The notes under the pieces are model-generated. The model worked only from the letters and a program-made list of their open reading frames with translations. It searched no databases and was not told the origin of the DNA. Source: an uncultured Actinomycetes bacterium (lineage in GTDB: Bacteria; Actinomycetota; UBA4738; HRBIN12). From it: DNA of 64,000 nucleotides. Location of the stretch: assembly GCA_963704725.1 (NCBI GenBank), contig OY969934.1, positions 832,001-896,000 of the forward strand, in the 5' to 3' direction. The translations under genes were made by a program, and so were the position numbers. Each line of letters opens with the position of its first letter. The first letter of the stretch is position 1. Shown piece by piece: positions 9,748 through 17,718 of the stretch.

Positions 9748-9955
9748 AACTCTCTACCGAACCCAGGGCGGTTCAATGCGCCCTCCGGGTGCGGACCACG
9801 ACCGGTACCGATCGAAGCTCCCGAACTTCGGACGACCGCACTTCTGGCACGTCAACGAGTGGGTCCAGGGCACGGTTCAAGAATCGCACAGCCATGGCGG
9901 CGCGCCGATGGGTTGTGGAACGATGGCCTTCGGGGCCAAGGGGGGGACTTCAGGC

Positions 9956-10612
9956 ATGCCCACACCAACACGTGACCCGTGGGAGCTGGCCTCGGGGATT
10001 AGTCGGCGGCTGCGGCGGGCGAATGTCCCAAGCCGCCCCCAAGCCGACCCCCTTCTCGCATGGGCCGCCTGGAACCTGAAGTCCGCCCAGCTCGGCTGGG
10101 ACGTGCTTGAGCGGGCGCGCCCAGGTGGCGACGACAACCTGACCGGCCATCCACTCTGGCTGGTGGAGTTGGCCGCGATGAACCTTGTCTTCCGAGGCGT
10201 CGTTTCGGCGATGGATCAGTGCGCGGCGGCTATCTTCAGGCTGACGGGGGAGCCGTATCGAGCAGACCGCGAGCACAGCGTCGGGTGGTGGTTCGACCCG
10301 GGGAGACATCAGCCGTGGGCTCTCGTACCTGCTCCCCTTGCAGAGTGGCTACGCGGGTTCGATGGCAGTAGGACGTGGGCGTTGGCGAAGGAAGTCCGCG
10401 ACGGGTTCACGCATCGCACTGTTCAGCGACGTGTCACGCTCGGTATCAGTGGCAGCGATCAGAGGGGGTTCGTTGAACTGGCGATCGGCGGCGTCCACTA
10501 CGAGACGGATGCCGTGATGCGGCGACTCCTCCCCTTCGGGAATCGCCGCTACTCCGCGTTCGAGCGAGCATTGACGCGTTCGTATCCGCTCCGCGGTGGA
10601 CGTACAAGCTGA
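9956..10612 (+). CDS. Hypothetical protein with HEPN-like Rx4H motif
   Basis: Helical protein with FRGVVSAMDQCAAAI and VRDGFTHR (R-x4-H). Family assignment is inference. Confidence 0.5.
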   Translation: MPTPTRDPWELASGISRRLRRANVPSRPQADPLLAWAAWNLKSAQLGWDVLERARPGGDDNLTGHPLWLVELAAMNLVFRGVVSAMDQCAAAIFRLTGEPYRADREHSVGWWFDPGRHQPWALVPAPLAEWLRGFDGSRTWALAKEVRDGFTHRTVQRRVTLGISGSDQRGFVELAIGGVHYETDAVMRRLLPFGNRRYSAFERALTRSYPLRGGRTS

Positions 10613-10838
10613 GGCCGGTCCCCGGAGCGCGATCACCCCGACACGCAGGCGGGGCGCGCTTGCCCGCTGCCCCTTGCGGCGGGTTCCCCCATCTTCGAGG
10701 GGTGGGGATCGGCCCCCTAAGCACGAGCCCCGGGCTGCGCGTTTGCCCCCCGTCAGCGAACGGACGTATGTTCGTAAGCAGGAGGTCCCACACCTAGCGG
10801 CCGGACGCCCAGGTCGCCCGGCGGGAAGGCGGTGTGGC

Positions 10839-11171
10839 ATGCGACCTCTTCACGACCAGTTGCCGGAAGGCTGGTGTCCCCTGCACGGGGAAGTTCCCGG
10901 GGTAGTCGTCACCGACGATGCTCCATGCCCGCTCCCTCACACGGTGGCGGTGTGCCCTGTCTGCTCCGTGGCGTGGGCCGCGCCCGACGCCGCGACGACG
11001 GTGTTCTGCGTGGTTGCGTGGCACGTCATCGAGGCGCACCCGGAATCGCCGCAGGCGGCGGACATCCGCACCTTCTCAGAGGAGCAGACCGGGTCTGCGA
11101 ACCCGAACGACTGGTGTCACCACGACCCCGCAGCGCATCGCCACGTCGTCGTGATGGAGCCCGCCGAGTAG
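10839..11171 (+). CDS. Small Cys/His-rich hypothetical protein (possible metal binder)
   Basis: CPLH, CPLPH, CPVC, HVIEAH motifs. ATG at 10839. Confidence 0.45.
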   Translation: MRPLHDQLPEGWCPLHGEVPGVVVTDDAPCPLPHTVAVCPVCSVAWAAPDAATTVFCVVAWHVIEAHPESPQAADIRTFSEEQTGSANPNDWCHHDPAAHRHVVVMEPAE

Positions 11172-11200
11172 GCGCACCCGCGCCGAGGAGGTAGTCGTCC

Positions 11201-11434
11201 ATGCCCACGTCCACTTCGTCCACAGACGCCGCCCGCGAGTCACGGGTGCGTCGGCTCGCTCGTCGGCAGGGGTTCTTGCTTCGCAAGGATCGTGCGCGGT
11301 CGTTCAGCCTCAACCACCAGGGCGGGTTCATGGTCGTCGATTCGAACAGGAATGCCATCGTGGCGGGGGAGCGGTTCGACCTTGACCTCGGGGCTGTCGA
11401 GGCGTGGCTCGCGGAGGACGAATCGGCTGTCTAA
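11201..11434 (+). CDS. Small basic hypothetical protein of mobile-element type
   Basis: GAGGAGG RBS. ESRVRRLARRQGFLLRKDR...GGFMVVD...NAIVAG..FDLDL..VEAWL. Confidence 0.65.
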   Translation: MPTSTSSTDAARESRVRRLARRQGFLLRKDRARSFSLNHQGGFMVVDSNRNAIVAGERFDLDLGAVEAWLAEDESAV

Positions 11435-11442
11435 TGGGGGGC

Positions 11443-12311
11443 CTACTGTTCAAGCTCGAAGGCGACCCCCATCTTGCTCATCATCTCGATGCAGACCGCC
11501 ACGTGGACGGCCATTCCTGCGTTGAGGAACTGCTGCTCGACGAAGCGGCGGCCCCCCTGGTTGACCTCAGGGCTGAAACCCAGTGGGTAGTGCATCGTGG
11601 TGCTCTGGATGCCCCACACGGTCCCGTTCACATCGAACAGCGGGCCCCCGCTTTGCCCCCGAAGGCCCGGACTGGACGTTTCGATGAACCTCACCGGCAC
11701 GTCGCCGCTTCGGTCTCCGATTGCCTCACGGGTGAAGATGCCTTCGATGGAGAACAACGGCGGGGGGACCGCGCCCGCCGGGAACCGGAAGGCTTTGGGC
11801 GTGGCCTGTTCGTCGTACACGGCGTCGATGACGTGGAACGGGTACCCGAGGCGACAGAGACTCCGCCCGGGCTTCATCGTCGTCGCCGGGTCCTTGAACC
11901 TGGGGAAACTGGGACGCCGGACATGTCCAAGCCGTTGAGCTTCACGACCGCGATGTCGGCGGCCTCGACCCGCGCCGCTTCTGACAAGCTGACACCATCC
12001 TGCCCCCACCAGTACGAGTAGTCCTTGACGGCGTCGGGCGCGGGCCGCAGTTTGCGCTTCCGTCGCGCTTTCCTTGGTGGTGGTGGGGTCGTGGTTGATG
12101 GGTGGCGTCGTTCGGCCGCCCGGACCCGCACGACCTCATCGCGAAGGGCCTCGTGAGGGGCCACGAGGTGCGACGCCGTGAGGACCCAACCTTCGGCGTT
12201 CACGATGACGAACGCCCCAAGACTGCACTCGACCTTACCGTCGACCCGGCATTGCGACAGCGCCACTGGTCGAGTGAACCCCGCCGCGACTTCCCAAGCT
12301 TTCGCGAACAT
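11443..12311 (-). pseudogene. Trypsin-like serine protease, split by one frameshift near 11911
   Basis: Triad spread over two frames: LTASHL and ADIAVVKL in 11874..12311, GQSGGPL in 11443..12009. Confidence 0.8.
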
Positions 12312-12516
12312 CCCACCTCACCGCACCCTTCGACTGGGACCGGCGGGGAAGGCTGAGGCGCCGGTCGCTCGGCAACTGCCTCCACGGGGAAGCTAGCAGC
12401 GGGGAATGACACGCTTGAAACCCGCTATCGGGCCGCGCCCCACAGCCCGTCGAGGGTTCGGTGACCGTTTCGGTGACCGACCCCCCGTCAGGGGTCGCGG
12501 GAAGACCTGTTTTCGC

Positions 12517-12592
12517 TGGTGCCCCCGGCAGGAATCGAACCTGCGACACGCGGTTTAGGAAACCGCTGCTCTATCCACTGAGCTACGAGGGC
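12517..12592 (-). tRNA. tRNA-Arg (anticodon CCT)
   Basis: GCCCTCGTAGCTCAGTGGATAGAGCAGCGGTTTCCTAAACCGCGTGTCGCAGGTTCGATTCCTGCCGGGGGCACCA: full cloverleaf, TTCGA T-loop, encoded CCA. Confidence 0.97.
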
Positions 12593-12762
12593 GGAGCTGG
12601 CAAGTAATGCGGCAAGTAATCCCAGCACCCGTCCGACTCGTCAACCGGTTCAGAGAGTCTGAGTGGTAGGGACCGGGCTTCCATCGACTCTCGGGGGCTC
12701 TGGAAGGGGCAGTGGGCGGAGTCCACCCAGGCTTGTTGAGCGGATCCGTCCGAGCTGGAAGC

Positions 12763-14242
12763 TTACGCAGCGAGATCCAAGCTGCTGCCTCGCCCGGACG
12801 CGAGCGAGGGTGATGGCGTTGACGAACGCGCTCGTAGCCGAGGAGGTCAACCATCTGGCCACGCCAGCCCTTGGCGGAAGCCTTCTTCTTCCACAGGGCC
12901 TCCTCGATGGAGTTGTTGATCGACTCCGAATCGGGGCGCAGCGCCCAGAGCCGCTCGAAGTCCTTGGAGCCCTCCGGGATGGCCCGGAGGTTCTCGGTGC
13001 GGTTCAGTCCCCGGCGGCCGTCCTCGCGCGTCGTGTCCAACCTGAGGCAGATCTCGATTCCGCCGTACTCCTCGGGGAGCCGGGAGAAGCCGTACCAGCG
13101 GTGCCGCTTCTTGGTCTTGTGCGGCTGGATGCGCGTGCAGGTGAGGGGCTCATAGTGCGGATCACCGGTGTCGGTCAGCGTCTTGACGCACGCCCACCCG
13201 TCCTTGGCGGCGATGTGGACGATCTCCTTGCTCCCGTCCGGCATCACCACGGTGATGTCGTCGATGTCGGCAGTCTTCGGGACGTACTCGCCCTTCTTGC
13301 GCCCCTTGCCCCGTTTCGGGTTCGCCTTCGCGTGAACCTGGACCACCGGAACCAGGCCGAGCACGGTGAGGATCTCCTGGAGGTGCTCACCCCGCAAGGC
13401 CATGTCCCAGACGACGGACTGCGCCCCCGGAGCGTACCGGCGGATGCGAGCCAGCAAGACGAGCGCCATGGCGGCCTCGTCGTTCTCGACGTGCTCGGCG
13501 CCGAGCATGAACCTGCCCTCGTCACAGCGGACGCTCGCGGTGGCGAAGTTGAGGCCCCAGACCCTATCCCCACCGCCCTCGACGTGCCAGGCGGCGTCGG
13601 GATCGAAGCGCACCTCCCGTCTTTCGCCCGTCTCCGGGTCGACCCTCTTGGTTCCGGGCTTCGCGCCGTAGAGCGCCTCGATCTTCTTCCCGTCGCCGAA
13701 GATCGATCGCGTGATCTCAGGATGGGTGGGGCTCCCGCCTCCTTCGGGGGCTCAAGAAGGCCCGCGGTCCGGGCTTGACGGACGGCGAACTCGGTGTGGA
13801 TCTCGAGCGAGCGCTCGATCGCGGCGTCCGTGGCGAGGTACCTGTCGCGCATATACGCATGCGCCTGTCTGGTCGGGGGCTTCCGGGGCAGCTCGGGGAG
13901 CTCGGGGTGGAGCCGCTTCATTTCGCGCCGGATGTACCTCCACCATCCGCCCTTCCTGAGCTCGCGCACCGCCATCGTGAGGGAGGGGAAGATCGCCCAC
14001 AGCTCCGGCATCAGCGTCCACACGAACTCGGGGTAGATCCGACTCCTGCCGACCGAACCGGCCGGCTTCGGCGGGATCACTTCGGCGGCCGCGAACTTGG
14101 CGTCGTCACGAAGAAGGACATCGATGCGCTCCCGGATTGAGAGTGCCCCGTCCTCGACCGGCAGGACGCGCGACTGGGGCTCGGGGCAAGCCCGCGGGGG
14201 CCGGCGTTGCCAGCGCCTGGCTCGGGAGGATGCCGCCCTCAT
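12763..14242 (-). pseudogene. DDE-type transposase-like protein (IS4-superfamily-like), frameshifted near 13748 and 12835
   Basis: Joined frames give SIFGDGKK (D1), VVWDMALRG (D2) and W-AL-R-PDS-E-SINNSI-E, a YREK-like signature. ATG overlaps the upstream stop (ATGA). Confidence 0.6.
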
Positions 14243-15189
14243 CGGCCGTTACCCGCGCGCCAGTCGAACCCGATGAGCTTGACGGTCTCGTCCAGGGATC
14301 GCATGCCGAGCAGGAGGGCGACCTCGTGAAGGGGCGTGCCCTCATCGAGCGCCTTTCGGCCGGCCCACGAAACGATCGAGCGCGGCCTGATGCCGGGGGC
14401 AGTGAGTCCGGCAGCGCGTAGCGTCTCCTTGACGGCCTGGGCGCATGCGGCCCGCAGTGTGCGCGGCGTCGTGCGCCACACGATCAGTGATGCGTCGGGG
14501 TCGCTCACCGACCGGAGGCGCCGTTTCACCTGGATGAGTCCCCAGTCGGTCAGTTGGCCCCAGCGCGCATCGACGGTGGGCGATCCCGGAAGCCACACTC
14601 GCGCGAGCTCCACCTCGACGTCGCGCACGCGGACCCGGCCCATCTCGGAGGTCCGAGCGGTCGCCTCGCTCAGCGCCCAGGTGATCGAGCGGCGATGGTC
14701 GACGGGCGAAGGGACCGCCCGTGATTGCCCTCGCTCATGCTCCTCGTCCGTCAGTGGGCGGGTCAGCAGGACTCCGCGCTCGGGGACCGGGATCCCTAGC
14801 GTGGGATCGTGGTCCATCAGCCCGAGGCGGATCGCCTCCTGACTCATGGTGCGAAACGCGAAGAGCCGCGAGCGCTCGGTCAACTCAGTCGGCCTGCGGC
14901 CCTTAGAGGAGCGGGCCTCCATGCGAGCAAGGACGTGCTCGTTCGTGATGTCAGCCGGATCCGTGATGCCGCAGCCGTTTCGCAGGAACCGCGCGGATCG
15001 CTCCAGGTCATCTGCCCTGAATGCGGCCGTTTCCGACTTGTAGCGACCCGTCTCGAGCAGGCTCGTCAGCACGGCGCTGGCCACTTCTTCGACTGAAAGG
15101 CAGAGGTCGTGACCGCGTGAGGCGGTGGCGCCATCTGCGCCCGATTCCTGACCGTTTCGCCCTCGATCACTCTCGTGTCCGGATCCCAC
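14239..15189 (-). CDS. Tyrosine-recombinase-fold protein lacking HxxR, H/W and catalytic Tyr (paralogue 2)
   Basis: Core-binding-like N-half (GLMDHDPT..IPVP...RPLT), ATARTSEM..VRVRDV, LLGMRSLDETVKLIG. The true start may be the ATG at 15311 (ATGA-coupled) with an indel. Confidence 0.75.
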   Translation of the reverse strand: MGSGHESDRGRNGQESGADGATASRGHDLCLSVEEVASAVLTSLLETGRYKSETAAFRADDLERSARFLRNGCGITDPADITNEHVLARMEARSSKGRRPTELTERSRLFAFRTMSQEAIRLGLMDHDPTLGIPVPERGVLLTRPLTDEEHERGQSRAVPSPVDHRRSITWALSEATARTSEMGRVRVRDVEVELARVWLPGSPTVDARWGQLTDWGLIQVKRRLRSVSDPDASLIVWRTTPRTLRAACAQAVKETLRAAGLTAPGIRPRSIVSWAGRKALDEGTPLHEVALLLGMRSLDETVKLIGFDWRAGNGR

Positions 15190-15307
15190 CGCGCATGCCT
15201 CCTACTGCTGACGGCGGGTCTGAATCCACGGAAGGCACCACGGGCCGCGAATACACCATCGGTCGAGGAGGTTTCTTCGGCTCCTTGCGGGACGGGCTCT
15301 CGCGCGG

Positions 15308-16252
15308 TCATCGTTCGACTCGCTCGCGCAGGTCACGCGCGTCGCGCCAGTCCCAGCCGATGAACTCGGCCGTTCGGTCAAGGCTCCGGATGCCGAGCAT
15401 CGAGGCGATGCCATTGATTGGGACGCCCCCGGCGAACGCCCGCGCGCCCGCCCAGGCCGCGACCGAGGCCGGACGCACGTCCGGCTCGCGCGCGAGCCCG
15501 GCCCGGCGAAGCGTGGTCGCGATGGCGATAGAGGCCGACGACGTGGCGCTCACGCTGCTCCTGGCCGTGGCGCAGACGAGCGGGGTAGTTGGGTGAACGT
15601 CTCCGAGCGCACGCACTCGGCGCTCGAGTTGGACGGTTCCCCAGTCGGACACCACGCCCCACCTCGGGTCCGTCTTTGAGCTGCCGGCGATCCAGACACG
15701 GGCAGCGCCAAGGTCGAGGTCGCACACACGTACACGCGCGAGCTCGCCGCTCTTGGCTGTTGCCTCGGCGACCGCCCATGCGGCCGCCGCGCGCGTCTCG
15801 ACGAGCGTGTGGATCGAGTAGGAGCGACAGAGCGTCACCTCGTCGTCGGTCAACGGACGCGCGCGAAGCGAGGACCGGGGCGGAAGGACAATGTCCAGGG
15901 TCGGATCATGGTCGACGAGGCCCAGCCGACGGCCCTCGAGGAACTCCAGGCGCACGGCGGAGCGACGGAAGTGCATCGTCCCGACCGCGGGCGGTGTCCC
16001 CTTCTTCGACCTCGCTCTCACGAACCCCTCGGCGACGTCACGCGTCACCTCCGAGGCGAGGCCGATGCCGCACCCGCGCTCGGCATAGCTGGAGAACCTG
16101 CGCATCAGATCGGAGAGGCGATCGACGCTGTCGAGCGACAGCCCCCGTTCGGCCATCGCCGCCACGGCGGCGGCGTGTAGTTCGCGGAGTGTGGTCGGTG
16201 AGTCGGTATCACCTGAGGGAGTGGTCGCCTGGTGAGATCGAGCCGAGGACAC
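15308..16252 (-). CDS. Tyrosine-recombinase-fold protein lacking catalytic residues (paralogue 1)
   Basis: GLVDHDPT.DIVLP...RPLTDDE, ATAKSGEL..VRVCDLD, RPASVAAWAG in place of HxLRH, MLGIRSLDRTAEFIG in place of LGHxxxxxTxxY. Confidence 0.78.
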   Translation of the reverse strand: MSSARSHQATTPSGDTDSPTTLRELHAAAVAAMAERGLSLDSVDRLSDLMRRFSSYAERGCGIGLASEVTRDVAEGFVRARSKKGTPPAVGTMHFRRSAVRLEFLEGRRLGLVDHDPTLDIVLPPRSSLRARPLTDDEVTLCRSYSIHTLVETRAAAAWAVAEATAKSGELARVRVCDLDLGAARVWIAGSSKTDPRWGVVSDWGTVQLERRVRALGDVHPTTPLVCATARSSVSATSSASIAIATTLRRAGLAREPDVRPASVAAWAGARAFAGGVPINGIASMLGIRSLDRTAEFIGWDWRDARDLRERVER

Positions 16253-16258
16253 GGCGGG

Positions 16259-17083
16259 CTACCCCCTTCGAGGGCGCACGGGCGGCAGGTTGGCCTCGGT
16301 CGGATCGACCACGAGCTCAAGATGAGGATGCGGCTTGCGTCGACGTCCGCTCGGCGGAACAGGTTCTTCGCCCTCAGATCCGAGCCACGTTCCGAGGATC
16401 GCCGTCACGCCGTCGGCCAAATACGAACAGAAGGAGCAGGCGGCCGTTGCCTCTGGAGGCGTGGGGCGATCGAGCAGATCGGCAACGCTGCCCAGGAAGG
16501 CCATGAACTCGCCGTCGCGGCGCGTGACCTCGATCCAGTGCGTCTCGCCCCGGTAGGCGGCTCCTCCGCGGGTCGCCGTCATCCGAGTGGGCTCGAAGCA
16601 TAGGAGACCGAGCCGGGTGACGGGCTTCAGCATCAGGCTCCCGGGAGCAGGCGTCTCTGCTGCAAGCGCATAGGCGTGGAGCTGCCGCCCATACAGAGCT
16701 GCATGGTGCGGTTTGGGGACGGTCGTCTTGTAGTCGACGATCGCGAAGGAGCCGTCGTCGAACCCGATCGCCGAGTCGATTCGACCGACGATGAACAAGC
16801 GGCGGTCGTGCCCGGGGACGTGGATCGGCATCGAGCGAAGCCGCCGGTCGCCGTGGACGATCCGTCCCGGCGGCAGGTCCGGCGAGATCCGCTCGCTCCG
16901 CTTGCCATCGAAGAACGCCTTGGCCTGCAGATCCAGCAGGGTGAAGACCCTCGGGAAAGGCGTCCTCGGGCGCGGGAAGTTCCCCGCCACCTTCAGCCAG
17001 AAGCAGCGAGGGCACTCCTCGAACAGGAACGTGAGGTCGGACGGGCTCAGCTTCCAGGCTGCGCCCACATGTAGGCTAGACAC
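16259..17083 (-). CDS. PD-(D/E)XK nuclease, Cas4/RecB-like with 4 Cys
   Basis: LSPS...ECPRCFW, GRIDSAI, IVDYKT, QLHAYA, CSFC. GTG start estimated. Confidence 0.85.
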   Translation of the reverse strand: MSSLHVGAAWKLSPSDLTFLFEECPRCFWLKVAGNFPRPRTPFPRVFTLLDLQAKAFFDGKRSERISPDLPPGRIVHGDRRLRSMPIHVPGHDRRLFIVGRIDSAIGFDDGSFAIVDYKTTVPKPHHAALYGRQLHAYALAAETPAPGSLMLKPVTRLGLLCFEPTRMTATRGGAAYRGETHWIEVTRRDGEFMAFLGSVADLLDRPTPPEATAACSFCSYLADGVTAILGTWLGSEGEEPVPPSGRRRKPHPHLELVVDPTEANLPPVRPRRG

Positions 17084-17155
17084 GTCGGGACCCCCAATCC
17101 GGGCTCCGGCCAAGCCCCGGGGCGTTCCACCGCCGCCGGGGCTCTGCCTTATCCG

Positions 17156-17219
17156 TTGACAGGCGCAATAATAACCAAAAACAATAGCGTGCGTCAATGG
17201 TTGCGGTAGGATTCCGCCT
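17156..17219. promoter_or_regulatory. AT-rich divergent promoter region
   Basis: Minus strand TTGACG (17197-17192)-N18-TATTAT (17173-17168). Plus strand TAGGAT (17207-17212) lies 7 nt before ATG 17220, suggesting a leaderless mRNA. Imperfect IR TTGACAGGCGC / GCGTGCGTCAA. Confidence 0.55.
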
Positions 17220-17426
17220 ATGAGTCGGCACCTGGTGGGTGTAACCGAGATCGCTGAAATGCTCGGCGTCTCGAGGCAGCGGGCAGATCAAATCACGCGG
17301 CAGTACAGCGACTTCCCACAGCCGGAGGTGACCCTAGCCACCGGGCGGGTCTGGCGCCGGGCAGCAGTGGAGGGATGGCATAAGCGCCACCCGGATCGGC
17401 GACCAGGTCGACCCCGCTCGACCTGA
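17220..17426 (+). CDS. AlpA/excisionase-like HTH DNA-binding protein
   Basis: LVGVTEIAEMLGVSRQRADQI...DFPQP...GRVWRRAAVEGW. Confidence 0.85.
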   Translation: MSRHLVGVTEIAEMLGVSRQRADQITRQYSDFPQPEVTLATGRVWRRAAVEGWHKRHPDRRPGRPRST

Positions 17427-17718
17427 TCGTCGCCTACGGAGCGGCTGCCATCCAGCAGCGGGGGAGAGGCAATCCGGGTTCGGCTCCTGTGGCGGCTACG
17501 CCATTAAGCGGTTGCCGGACCTGGTCGATAACGAAAGTCCGATCGAGCATCTGCTTCCACACGGGCAACGATCCGATGGTAGAACCGAGGCCCAGGAGCC
17601 GTAGATGATGCGGAGATCATTCCATGATCCGTGCAGTGTGCGCTGGCCGGTTTGTGGCGAGAGGTCGCGCGACAGGGCCGGCCGCCACGCCGGGGGCCCA
17701 AGGGGCCTCGCATAGACG

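Larger units (their letters stand above)
8477..9775 (+). mobile_element. Complete IS3-family insertion sequence, IS6110-like (IS51 group)
   Basis: Terminal IRs TGAACCGCCCTGGGTT... and ...AACCCAGGGCGGTTCA. OrfA/OrfB organisation. No target duplication evident (flanks GTC / ATG). Confidence 0.95.

Noticed and set aside
14239-16252. Calling the two recombinase-like genes active XerC/XerD or phage integrases
   Set aside because: HxxR, the second His/Trp and the catalytic Tyr are missing in both.
16259-17083. Cas4-like gene as evidence of a CRISPR-Cas locus or casposon
   Set aside because: No cas1/cas2, polymerase B or repeat-spacer array in the window.
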